DNA of 64,000 bases. It comes from an uncultured Cellvibrionaceae bacterium (GTDB lineage Bacteria > Pseudomonadota > Gammaproteobacteria > Pseudomonadales > Cellvibrionaceae). The stretch covers positions 1,833 to 65,832 of the forward strand of contig CAZOPE010000013.1 of the NCBI GenBank assembly GCA_964581625.1, given 5' to 3'. Every line of letters starts with the position of its first letter. Position 1 is the stretch's first letter. Positions 1-9,804 of this stretch are shown here, piece by piece. The notes under the pieces were generated by a model that saw only the letters and a program-made list of their open reading frames with translations, did not search any database and was not told where the DNA came from. The position numbers and the translations under genes were made by a program.

Positions 1-98
1 TCATTTATTACTGTGGCAAATTCAATCTCATTCGAGATTCGTCGAATGAGATTGAATTTCATAGTATTTGAGATTTGTAAATTAAGTTCATAAGACAT
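1..98 (-). CDS. Putative cognate immunity protein (CdiI-like), 5' part only, runs off window edge
   Basis: ATG at 98-96 directly abuts the toxin stop (TAAATG); open to the window edge (MSYELNLQISNTMKFNLIRRISNEIEFATVIN...). Position after a CdiA-type toxin is the standard immunity slot. Confidence 0.65.
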   Translation of the reverse strand, partial: MSYELNLQISNTMKFNLIRRISNEIEFATVIN

Positions 99-3000
99 TT
101 AGTAGCTCTTCATATAAACAACACCATTTTTTATAACGTATAAAGCCTTTAAATTTGGCACAGGCTTTTCATAAATAATTTTATAAACATCATTAGCGGT
201 AAAATCGCCTTTAGCCCTACTTAAATTAACTACAATTACCTGCGCTTGCTTTGAAACATTAACTTTGTCGTTAATTGACATTTGTACACTTGTGATCGAA
301 TCAGTGTTTGGTGAATATACATCTGCAAATTCCCCGTTGAATTTCAGGTCAGGATCCGGCATGCCCTTAGGAACTTGCCCTTCTGGCAATTGCTCCACAT
401 CAAAACCATGTTTAGATAAAATATCTGCAGATTCGTTTTCAAGCCTAAACCCTTCACTTTTTTGAGGATCTTTTTCTTTTAAATAGTCTTTAGGCTGTCC
501 TTTCAAAGCTCCCGGCTTAGGATCTACACGCTTTTCTCCCCAAGAACCCAAATCAAGTATTTTATCTCCATCAAATTTATCCTTTCCTACATCAAGATAT
601 TTATAAATAGAGTAACCCGATGCAACAACACCCACGACCGTAACAACTATCCAAGTTATACCCTTTGAGCTATGTGCCTCTAAGTCATTTTTATAGCGAG
701 GATCTTTATTGGTCTCGTCTGTAGTCTCAAACGAATTACCATATAAATATGCAACAGCTCCCGTTCCAATACCCTCTTCTAGCTTTTCTTTCGCATCTAG
801 CGCTTCCGAAGCGCCCGGTATTGCATCTATTGCAGCCTTAGCTAGCTCAGCGCCTTTTTTACCCGTATAAGCAATAGTACTCTTTAACGGAGCCAATATA
901 GGTTCGTCTAAAAGAACCTTGACGGAATCCCTCGCTATATCACCTACCTGCTCAATTCTTATATTGGCTTTACCTGTGTATTCAACTACTTTCGAGCTAA
1001 GCCCCGCCATTCTTTCCTTATTGGCAATATATTCCTCATTATTCCAACCTCCTGTGACCTCTCGACCCGACATGTTATTTAAAACTTTATCGTTTAAATA
1101 AAGCTTATTGAATTCACCAATACTTGCGAATATACCTAAGTTTCGTTGAGCAGTAACTTCCGCCTCTATCGCCGAATCAGAATACCCTAAAGCTTTCAAA
1201 CCAGTTCTTAACTCAATCTCTGCTGCGTTGGCACCACATAGAACAACATCATTGCTCTTGCAGCCAACCAATCCCATACCATGCATGACAGAACCAACAT
1301 GAGCAATTTTTTCTAATGATTCCTTATAACTCTGTGCCGTCATACCTGCACTTGCGGCCGCTGCATTGACATCGCCACCTGCCGCAAAAGCAATAATCCC
1401 TGCTAAAAACTTCGATAGATCGACGCCATTTGCACCAAGATAACCAAGTGTGGAGCCTATGTTAGTAGGGGTTATTTTATTAGGCTCACTAAGGATCTGG
1501 CCGCCAGTTCCAGTTGCCTTTGATTCCAAGATATCGACTGCCACTTGAGCAACTACCGCTCCACCAGCACCAGAAGGACAAGCATCTTTAAAATCAGCAT
1601 CACTTAACTTGGCTGTTAGCCCTTGAGTCAAACAACCCATTGCCGCATGAGCAATATATTTACTTGCTTCATTTAAAGTTGTGGAGTTTGAAATTTTGTC
1701 TGTAAGTTTTTGCCCAATCGTATTTACCGCATAAGTCGCGAGCGTTTGTTTAAAGGCGTTGCGATAATCTTCAGAATTCCCACCATTAATGGTGACCGAA
1801 ACTCCCGCAGTAACTACAGAATGAGTAACGGCCTGATAAGCCTGATTAACAAAGGCAAGCTGCGGCGTCTCTTTAACTTGGGCTTTATCAAAAAACTCAA
1901 GATCAACATACTCGTCAAGCGCACTCAACGCTCCCGCCGTTGCCATAGAGATAGCCAGATTTTTAAGGCTTTCACTGCTCGACATATTTTTCAATGTTTG
2001 CTCAATCGAGTTGCCAGCCAATAAGCTGCTAGCCGCTTGCACCTCAAGCGTTGTAAATCCGGCGCTCATAGCGGATGACAAAAAGCTTTGACCAGATAGA
2101 CTCGCTCCACCACTTGCAACAGCAATTACTATGGTTAGTAACGCCATGGCCGCTGGGCTTAAGCTTCTGTCCACATTGCGAATATGCGTATAGGCTTCGG
2201 TGACCTTAGAAAAATCGACTATTTGATTAAGAGGAACGAGATTTCCTTGCGCATTCTTAAATAGCGTTCGCCCTTCGTAGATGTCTGCCATCCACATTGT
2301 ATCGGGCATTTTTTTGTATTCATCAATTTGGTCTTTGAGGTTGGCGCCCTCTCTACCTGCATATTCAATATCTACACCCAGCAAAGCTTCTACCGCTAAA
2401 CCGCCCACAATGGCATTTGGAATACCTGTTTCTTTTACGTACTCCTCATGTACCGTTTTAATGGTCCAATTGCCTTTTCTAACGGTATCTAAATAGTGCT
2501 GACTGTTTTCCTTGGTAATGAGCAAGCGCACTTTGCCGTTGGTAGCTTTAATTTGTGTACCTTCGCTGCTGGTAATTTTTGCGCCTTTTAGCTCAACTGC
2601 ACCGGTGTTTGTTTCTAATAAAATCCCTTTACCTGCACTGAGTACGCTGCGAATGGCAAAGCTTTCAAAATCGCTACCTGTGCCCGTTGTTCTGCCAATT
2701 TTGTCTACGCGATTGGATTGGAAGTGGCCTTGTTCATCGGCAATATAAATACCGTGCTTGGCGAGCAACTCTATACCGCCCTCGGTACTGTGCAGTTCCG
2801 AGGCAGTCATGGTGATGCTGCCGCCCGCTATAAGCGTGAGCATTTGTTTGGCAGTAAGCTTTGATTGCATTAACTCAAAGCTGCTTTTATTAATAACCCA
2901 ATTACCTTCTGTGGTGGTGCTTTGGCTATTGGTTGCTACTGGCGCTAATACAAGGTCGCCATAGGCATCAAGCGTAAGCGCCCCGAACAATGCATTTGAA

Positions 3001-4055
3001 GTACCTCCTTCGTAGGTAATGCCTTTACCACTGGTAATTTTGATATTTCCGGTTGCACTATCAAGAGTGGCAACTGCAGCTAAACGTGTGCCGGAACCAT
3101 CTTTGGATTGATAAGGAAGCACCAAGGTTTTGTTGATAACATCGCCGCGCGTTGTACGAATATCCAAATTATTGGTGGCTTTTATTTGACCCGACACATT
3201 GAGAAACATATTGCCGGCAATGAGTTCAAGGTTGCCAGAGCCATTGATAGTGCCGGCATTTTTTATATTGTTTATTGAATTAATAACTGTTTGGTAATTT
3301 TCGTTTCCTAAGGCGCTTATGACGACACCTTTGTGAATTTCCAGATCGTTAAATGCAGTACTTAATCCAAATTGGATATAGTGGCCTTCTGGTTTGGTGG
3401 CCAATGTTGCAGAATTTAAATAGACAACAGGAATAATGACTTCTGTACCATTGATGGTACGTTTCTCGGGCCAAATCATGTTGTTGGTGATGGTGTCTTG
3501 CGGGGTTAAAGGCGTTCCAAATTTTTTGGATGTATTCAGCCCAAACTTAATACCCGCTGCGAAGAGTTCATCGTTTTGGTTCTGCTCAAACGCTTTTTTA
3601 GTGGTCGCGTTAAGCAGTAACCCTGCTTTGTCAATAAGTGAGCGGGCTAGCAGAAGATTTAACTGCGCGCGAATCAAACGCTGTTGTACAAACTCATCAC
3701 CAATAACTAGCGTTGTATCCGGTAATGATTCTTGCGTGGGGGATAATTGTGTATAGGCATTGGCAATCGTAACGCCTGATTGGGTGTCTACTTGTAAATA
3801 TCCTGGCCGCGCATACATTGCCCCGCCCGGTTTGCCTGTTGCCCTATATAACGGGCTTTTAAGTACTTGCGAGAAATCATCGTTGCTAAGCATGGTGGCA
3901 GCAATTGCCACCGAGGGTAAGCATATTTGCAAAATGAGGAAATACGCCATAAAGGCTGCGATAAAACGCTTCCATGCTCGCACAGGGTTTCCCTTAAATT
4001 TTTTAACCTTGCGCACAGGCACAGCAAAAGTGTTTTTAGAGTTATTGAATTTCAT
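99..4055 (-). CDS. CdiA C-terminal-half-like polymorphic toxin: signal peptide, FHA-2-type region, DUF637/pre-toxin region, C-terminal PD-(D/E)xK tRNase-type toxin
   Basis: Likely start ATG 4055 (RBS AAGGA) rather than TTG 4073. Signal peptide ...ILQICLPSVAIA. CdiA-like motifs GDEFVQQRLIRAQL and MIWPEKRTINGTEVIIPVVYL. DUF637-like SLSPAAMALLTIVIAVASGG...LKNLAISMATAGAL. C-terminus LENESADILSKHGFDVEQLP..PDPDLKFNGEFADVYSP..INDKV..QAQVIVVNL resembles B. pseudomallei 1026b CdiA-CT. Confidence 0.85.
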   Translation of the reverse strand: MKFNNSKNTFAVPVRKVKKFKGNPVRAWKRFIAAFMAYFLILQICLPSVAIAATMLSNDDFSQVLKSPLYRATGKPGGAMYARPGYLQVDTQSGVTIANAYTQLSPTQESLPDTTLVIGDEFVQQRLIRAQLNLLLARSLIDKAGLLLNATTKKAFEQNQNDELFAAGIKFGLNTSKKFGTPLTPQDTITNNMIWPEKRTINGTEVIIPVVYLNSATLATKPEGHYIQFGLSTAFNDLEIHKGVVISALGNENYQTVINSINNIKNAGTINGSGNLELIAGNMFLNVSGQIKATNNLDIRTTRGDVINKTLVLPYQSKDGSGTRLAAVATLDSATGNIKITSGKGITYEGGTSNALFGALTLDAYGDLVLAPVATNSQSTTTEGNWVINKSSFELMQSKLTAKQMLTLIAGGSITMTASELHSTEGGIELLAKHGIYIADEQGHFQSNRVDKIGRTTGTGSDFESFAIRSVLSAGKGILLETNTGAVELKGAKITSSEGTQIKATNGKVRLLITKENSQHYLDTVRKGNWTIKTVHEEYVKETGIPNAIVGGLAVEALLGVDIEYAGREGANLKDQIDEYKKMPDTMWMADIYEGRTLFKNAQGNLVPLNQIVDFSKVTEAYTHIRNVDRSLSPAAMALLTIVIAVASGGASLSGQSFLSSAMSAGFTTLEVQAASSLLAGNSIEQTLKNMSSSESLKNLAISMATAGALSALDEYVDLEFFDKAQVKETPQLAFVNQAYQAVTHSVVTAGVSVTINGGNSEDYRNAFKQTLATYAVNTIGQKLTDKISNSTTLNEASKYIAHAAMGCLTQGLTAKLSDADFKDACPSGAGGAVVAQVAVDILESKATGTGGQILSEPNKITPTNIGSTLGYLGANGVDLSKFLAGIIAFAAGGDVNAAAASAGMTAQSYKESLEKIAHVGSVMHGMGLVGCKSNDVVLCGANAAEIELRTGLKALGYSDSAIEAEVTAQRNLGIFASIGEFNKLYLNDKVLNNMSGREVTGGWNNEEYIANKERMAGLSSKVVEYTGKANIRIEQVGDIARDSVKVLLDEPILAPLKSTIAYTGKKGAELAKAAIDAIPGASEALDAKEKLEEGIGTGAVAYLYGNSFETTDETNKDPRYKNDLEAHSSKGITWIVVTVVGVVASGYSIYKYLDVGKDKFDGDKILDLGSWGEKRVDPKPGALKGQPKDYLKEKDPQKSEGFRLENESADILSKHGFDVEQLPEGQVPKGMPDPDLKFNGEFADVYSPNTDSITSVQMSINDKVNVSKQAQVIVVNLSRAKGDFTANDVYKIIYEKPVPNLKALYVIKNGVVYMKSY

Positions 4056-4056
4056 T

Positions 4057-7000
4057 TTAAATTCCTTTTTCAAATGCAGCTAACAGATCTAAAAACTTGG
4101 CTTTAAGTTCAGCAAAACCGTCAACAACAATATCCCATACGGATTTTGTTTCTGTTGTTTCTGGAAATTCATACCGCGCCGTGTTCGCCTCAGGTACATG
4201 CCCAGGATTTAAGTACTGGTATTTAGCCGTCGTAGTTACCCATAAGCCATCATCACTTGGAAACTGCGCAATACTGATCAACTTTTTCTCAGCATAAGAT
4301 CCCTTGGATAAATCATTTGATAGCCTCGCAAGAGTTTCTTTTTTGTAGGCGGCCACAAAGCTTTCTTTAGCTTGATCTAGTGGGTTTTGGTTGAATGCAA
4401 TGAAGTTGGCGGGCGATCCGTCCAATTTCCCTGATACCGCGAAAATAGTGCGCTCAATGGTCTCTGCTACAGTCTCGCCCAAGGGGTTGGTATTGATGGT
4501 ATTAATTTCAGCACAGACCGGAATTACCGCTGAGTTTTGTTGACCCGGGGTATTTGATCGGCACCGTTCATTGGTAATCACTAAGGTTTTTTTCAAGTAG
4601 TAATTTTCTCGCTCTAGAATTACTCCTTTACTTCTGACCAGAGCGCCCTCACCTTTGAACTGAACATCGTTATCAACAATAAAATAACTCGTATTGTTTT
4701 CGAACCCTTTTTGGGTGGCGATGCTATCTCCATTAAAAATAGTGGCGAGATTATTTAGATCATCGAACTTAAAAAAAGTGCTCGCAGCTGAATGCATGAC
4801 TGCTGCCGGAGAATATACGTATAAGCGCGCTTCAAGATTTTTGCTTTGGGTTAGGGTTGTGTTTCCCGCCCCGTCAGATGTTTGTGTAACAACACCTTGC
4901 TCATTAACAACATCACCCAGCGCATACATAAAATAACGTTCGTTGTGTACTTGAGGCGCAATCAAAACCATTGCGCTATTTACGCCATTATTTTCTACTG
5001 ACATGCTCGCTGACGAGTTAAGGATGTAACCACCCGCATTCACTTCCAACCGATTTAATGCTGAGATTGATACTGTTGTTGCACTGGCACTATCTTCTTT
5101 AGGCGTTAAGGTGCCAAATTTATAAACATCAAAACTCGCATTGATATTTTCAACATGACGTTTGGCTTTTAAGATGACTTTATCGCCAAAAACATAAGCT
5201 TCTTTGGTGCGTGCTTTTTTAGCGGGCGTTTGAGAGCCGTCAATCTTCGGCAATATAAATTTATCGAAGGTGCTCAGTTGTTGTGTGTATGCCGACGGTT
5301 TTAGTATCCAATAGTTTTCTGGAAGGTTCTCATAGGGTGTTGCCCATCCGTTGCGAATGCTACCGTTTTTACTGTTGAGGTATACATTTACACCGGCGAT
5401 GCTGCCTCCGAAGCGGTTATTAAGATCGCTTGCAGCCGTTAGTGTGACATTCGTAAAACCTTGAATAATATTTTGGTTGTCGACAATGCCTTCTGCAGCC
5501 AAATACAAATTGGTTTCTAATGGTTGTGCGGATTGCACACACACTGCATCAGCACAATTCATTACACCAAGGTTAATAATATCTTTTGCCGCTATAGCCT
5601 CTATATGCCCTGCTACAATGGAGGACGTAACATTGCTTTGTATGTTGCCCGTAGAAACAATTTTAATTTTATGATCGGACTCTACTGTTCCATTGATAAT
5701 GAGATGCCCATTCGTATTATCCAGTGTTGCCAGCTCAATACGCTCGCTAGCAAGTTTGAACTCGCCTTTGTCTATGAAGCTGGCTTGTAGATCTGAATGA
5801 GTGGAAAGCTGGCTATTGATTGTGAGTGGCGATGCAGCAACAATTTTAATGGCTCCCGACCTGATGTTTCCATCAACGGTGGCCATAGGTGCATTTGTAA
5901 TTGCATTAAAAGAAAGTACATTAAAGTTGCTGTAGGCTACTTTGGTTTCACCGGCAACTATGTTTACACTTCCGGTTCCCACCTGCTTATCGCCATTGTC
6001 ATCTAATACATATCCATTGCTAAACAAGTGCGCTTTTTGTTGCGTGTTAATTGCTATGAATGCATCGTTTTTTACAGTGCTGACAGTTTTACCTAATAAC
6101 TGAACCTGCGCTGTAGGGGCATTTAATTTAGTAATGCTTATGCTACCGGATGCAGTCAAATCTCCCACTTGCGTACTGCTTGCATTCAATGGGCTAACTG
6201 GCTGCGCAGCAGCCAAGGTTACGCGGCCAACATTTGCAAAATCACAATAGAGACATTTAATTTGTGCGTTGGGTGTACGGTTGATTAGCAGTACATCTGC
6301 AGCCGCGCCAACAATCTCCAAGGTGCTATTAAGCGTTAATGCCTGAGCATCTATTACAATGAGTTTGGCCGCAGGAGAACCTGTAGCGCTTTTATCGACA
6401 TTCAGGATTTTTAAGGGTTGCCCCACCGTAAAACTTGTAAAAGCGTTGTAGCTTATGCCAGCAGCATTCGGTGGAGCCAATACCACCAGATCATTCAATT
6501 CATCTGCCGCGCGCAGCACTTTTGTCTGGGTGCCTAGCGGGCTATAGTCTGGCGATAAAGACTCCGTTGGCGCTTTTGCGTTAAATAGCGATTCCACAAT
6601 CAAGGGTTGGCTAGCAGCAAATTGTTGCAATCCACCCCGGTCTACAGCTCGTGCACTTAAATTGAATATTCCCGGTTTTGGAGGCGTCCATTGCATTTCA
6701 TAAGGTGGCGCTGTGATTAGCTGACCAATAGGTACTCCATTCGCAAGGAACACAACCTGTGCCGCGTTATTTTCGTTGTCAGTTACTTTTGCAATCAACT
6801 TAATAGACCTACCTTCCTGAACACGTTCATGCGCCAGAGGAGAGGTTAAACTAATCGCTGGTGCACTATTGTTATTAACCTGAATTGTGGCTACGCGCGA
6901 TGTGATTTTTTTCCCTCCACTAACAACAGCACTCGCGGTGATAAGGTAGGTTCCCACTTGCGATGGCCGCCAAAACTTCAAAGCGCCTGTACTGTCTGTT

Positions 7001-9804
7001 GCAAGACCCGAGAGCAAAACATTATTCGCATAAAATTCCACGGGTGGTGTACTGCCATCAGCGGTGCGCCAGATATCTCCTATTGAAGTCTCAACATCGG
7101 CGTAAAGTGCAAATTGCTGTCCAAGGGTGCCCGTCTGTTGGCGATCAGGAGACGGTATCTTCAGGTCTACCACATTATCTGCAGTGCCCAAACTAACTTT
7201 GATTGTTTTTACGGTTTCATAAGAACATGTAGCAGGTTGAATTTGGCATGCTTTTATTGAGTATTTATAGGTTCCTGCTTTTAGGTTAAATGTTTTGGCA
7301 AGCTCCAGACCTCTGTAGATTTCTTTATCTCCCTCCATAAGTACAAAATAACCTGCAGGTGTAGCACTGCTCCAACGCAACGTAAATTTTCCATCTGAAT
7401 CTATACCAGCCGGTAAATTTTCTACGTCTTCGGCACTCAATCGCACTGAACCTAAAACACTAACGTTTACCGGAACTGAACTGGTTTGAACGCCGCTTGT
7501 GTTCATCACTACTGCTTTAACGACATACTCTCCGCCCTCTGACGGCCTCCAGGTTAAAACGTAGGGCCCGGTGTTAAATGACTTTCCATTAATTAATTCA
7601 CCATTCGCATAAAACTTTACCCATAAAACATTGTTAATATTCCCAACCACATTTGCGATCAGCGAGAGATTTTCTCCCAGCTGAATAGATGTTTGGCTTT
7701 GAACCGGCGACACAAGATTTATGGATAATTTATCGGAGGGTGCAAACACTATAGGTGCGGCAGTAGTCCAACCGGAGCACAGCGTGTCGAAAATACAAGC
7801 TTTCACGCGATAGGTATAACTTTTTCCTGCAGTAACCGATGTGTCGCTATAGGCGTTTAACACGAGTTTGTCTGAGACGCGTTTGCCATTCACTTCTAAA
7901 ATTTCGCCATTACGTTCCAGTGTGTAAGTAGCAGAGCCCAATGTCACAGGCCAGTTAATGCTGATTGAATTGCCGCTTACCGCTGTTGTAATTTCGCTAG
8001 GGGCGAAGGGTGCGTATTTCAATTCAATGGTGGTTTCTGCCACCACGCTAGTCTTTCCACTACCGTCCAAAAGCTTTAGTTCCAACTTGTGAATGCCTGG
8101 AGCAGCTAGATAATCTGAAACATAATTATGGCGATTGATATTGCAATAGCCTTCCGCTTTTATTCCGTTATCGTAAAGACATACATTGCCAGGATAGTTG
8201 TTGAACATTTGTAGGGAGAGCTTGCAGCCTGAACCACTGCATCCTTGTAGCATTGCTTTAATATCCGCTACGGTTTGTTCCTTACCCAACACACCAACTT
8301 GCGCAACCAACGCACCAGTGGGCAATGTACCTTTGCGCAATTGATAAATACGACTGCCTGATAAATCTAAAGTCCCAGAACTTGACCCGTTTAAAATAGT
8401 TGAGTCAGGACAGAAAATAATTTTGTTGTCTTGAAATATACAAGCATCCGCTTGCGGTAAAGACCATGTAAGGGTCGGTCTACAACCTGCCTGCGTTACG
8501 GGATTATAAGTACACTCACTAGGCTTAGCTGTCAGTGAATAACCCTGACTTGTATAAGTCGTTGTATACAATGTAAGAGTTGAAATTTCATATAATTGTC
8601 CTTCCACTTTTGCACGAAGAGAATAAGTTGTTCCACCTGCATTTACTGGTAAGGATTTCGTAAAAGTATTGGGCGTAGCTTCCCCAGAAGTTCCTAAAAA
8701 TGCCCATTCTTGACCATCTTTATAAAGACTAACGCCCATGTACCCACCAGTATGCGAGTAGGTGACATTCACCGTACATGTATTGGTGTTGTTGGGAATA
8801 CAGGGGTTTTGAGAACCACTGGCGACAATGAGAGAGCCGGTTGGAGGTTTTACAGTTTTTACTGTAGCGGATGCCAGTAATTTATCTGAGGTACTGGGTC
8901 CGTTGATAAGTTTGAATTGCGTACCCGGCGGGCTATTAACAGGGATTTCTAATTGACTTTCGTTGGAACAAATTAATTTTGAATTATTTTTATAGAGGCA
9001 CGGAGTGTAATCGGCAGACACTTTCCAGCTTACTCGAGTTAAACACGTTGTTGCAGGGTGAATGATGTCGCAACGCTCAGGAGTAACGCTGAATGTAACA
9101 TCTTTAAAGCTACCCTTTAAATTACTCGTAGCAATTGTTCGTATTCCAGACGGCTCTTTAGCGCGAATTTCAAAAACAGATGGATTTGCAGTTAAGGGAA
9201 CAGAAACGTTACCCTGATAAGGACCTGCAGGCGCGCAAGCAAGCTCAGTTGTAGTAGCTCCATCTATTTTATATATACAAGCAGGAAAATCGCCGGTAAA
9301 TTCCCATGCGACTTGGCCGCTGCAAGTTGTGTTATTTGGATCAATAGAACAGACAGATGAAGACTGTGTAATTTTTCCTTCGCTGGGCACAAAAACATAA
9401 AAGCGTTTGCGAATATTAGCTTCACCTAGAAGAATGTAGGTGTAAGTTCCAACAGATAAATCTTTAATATCTTTAGATACACTCCCATTGTTAGATGATT
9501 TATTTTGTGACGCGATTAATGTCGTGCCTTGATAGAGACTAAGAGACCCTGGTACATTTAACGAACCGGAAACCCTTAAAAAAATCTCCTTTGCATTTTT
9601 TTGTAATAGGGTCGGCAAAACAGTAATTCTCGCGTTTAATTTTAGAAGCGGCCATATCGAAAGCGTCAAAACCCAATACAGTAGATGTGATTGCAGTATT
9701 AAGCTCTGGATAATCAAGAAGTATGGGCTTAGAGAGAGATTTCGCAGAGTTACAACCGTAGGGATTGCACGCTCTAACCGCAAATTCGTAAGTTTCCAAA
9801 TCAT
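4057..9804 (-). CDS. Large Ig/FN3-repeat protein with internal TPS (haemagglutination-activity) domain and FHA-like repeats; probably the 3' part of a frameshifted gene starting at 10528
   Basis: Cys-paired repeats, an FN3 unit (SYTYRVKACIFDTLCSGW), Ig-like units (VKFYANGELI..GPYVLTWRP..GEYVVKAVV), TPS motif LAPPNAAGISYNAFTSFTV near 6440-6500, FHA-like LNNRFGGSIAG. The first ~75 aa of the ORF look non-protein-like and lack a signal peptide. Confidence 0.8.
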   Translation of the reverse strand: MIWKLTNLRLERAIPTVVTLRNLSLSPYFLIIQSLILQSHLLYWVLTLSIWPLLKLNARITVLPTLLQKNAKEIFLRVSGSLNVPGSLSLYQGTTLIASQNKSSNNGSVSKDIKDLSVGTYTYILLGEANIRKRFYVFVPSEGKITQSSSVCSIDPNNTTCSGQVAWEFTGDFPACIYKIDGATTTELACAPAGPYQGNVSVPLTANPSVFEIRAKEPSGIRTIATSNLKGSFKDVTFSVTPERCDIIHPATTCLTRVSWKVSADYTPCLYKNNSKLICSNESQLEIPVNSPPGTQFKLINGPSTSDKLLASATVKTVKPPTGSLIVASGSQNPCIPNNTNTCTVNVTYSHTGGYMGVSLYKDGQEWAFLGTSGEATPNTFTKSLPVNAGGTTYSLRAKVEGQLYEISTLTLYTTTYTSQGYSLTAKPSECTYNPVTQAGCRPTLTWSLPQADACIFQDNKIIFCPDSTILNGSSSGTLDLSGSRIYQLRKGTLPTGALVAQVGVLGKEQTVADIKAMLQGCSGSGCKLSLQMFNNYPGNVCLYDNGIKAEGYCNINRHNYVSDYLAAPGIHKLELKLLDGSGKTSVVAETTIELKYAPFAPSEITTAVSGNSISINWPVTLGSATYTLERNGEILEVNGKRVSDKLVLNAYSDTSVTAGKSYTYRVKACIFDTLCSGWTTAAPIVFAPSDKLSINLVSPVQSQTSIQLGENLSLIANVVGNINNVLWVKFYANGELINGKSFNTGPYVLTWRPSEGGEYVVKAVVMNTSGVQTSSVPVNVSVLGSVRLSAEDVENLPAGIDSDGKFTLRWSSATPAGYFVLMEGDKEIYRGLELAKTFNLKAGTYKYSIKACQIQPATCSYETVKTIKVSLGTADNVVDLKIPSPDRQQTGTLGQQFALYADVETSIGDIWRTADGSTPPVEFYANNVLLSGLATDSTGALKFWRPSQVGTYLITASAVVSGGKKITSRVATIQVNNNSAPAISLTSPLAHERVQEGRSIKLIAKVTDNENNAAQVVFLANGVPIGQLITAPPYEMQWTPPKPGIFNLSARAVDRGGLQQFAASQPLIVESLFNAKAPTESLSPDYSPLGTQTKVLRAADELNDLVVLAPPNAAGISYNAFTSFTVGQPLKILNVDKSATGSPAAKLIVIDAQALTLNSTLEIVGAAADVLLINRTPNAQIKCLYCDFANVGRVTLAAAQPVSPLNASSTQVGDLTASGSISITKLNAPTAQVQLLGKTVSTVKNDAFIAINTQQKAHLFSNGYVLDDNGDKQVGTGSVNIVAGETKVAYSNFNVLSFNAITNAPMATVDGNIRSGAIKIVAASPLTINSQLSTHSDLQASFIDKGEFKLASERIELATLDNTNGHLIINGTVESDHKIKIVSTGNIQSNVTSSIVAGHIEAIAAKDIINLGVMNCADAVCVQSAQPLETNLYLAAEGIVDNQNIIQGFTNVTLTAASDLNNRFGGSIAGVNVYLNSKNGSIRNGWATPYENLPENYWILKPSAYTQQLSTFDKFILPKIDGSQTPAKKARTKEAYVFGDKVILKAKRHVENINASFDVYKFGTLTPKEDSASATTVSISALNRLEVNAGGYILNSSASMSVENNGVNSAMVLIAPQVHNERYFMYALGDVVNEQGVVTQTSDGAGNTTLTQSKNLEARLYVYSPAAVMHSAASTFFKFDDLNNLATIFNGDSIATQKGFENNTSYFIVDNDVQFKGEGALVRSKGVILERENYYLKKTLVITNERCRSNTPGQQNSAVIPVCAEINTINTNPLGETVAETIERTIFAVSGKLDGSPANFIAFNQNPLDQAKESFVAAYKKETLARLSNDLSKGSYAEKKLISIAQFPSDDGLWVTTTAKYQYLNPGHVPEANTARYEFPETTETKSVWDIVVDGFAELKAKFLDLLAAFEKGI

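Noticed and set aside
52-63. 12-mer ATGAAATTCAAT shared (minus strand) with the toxin start at 4044-4055
   Set aside because: Short and AT-rich; most likely chance.
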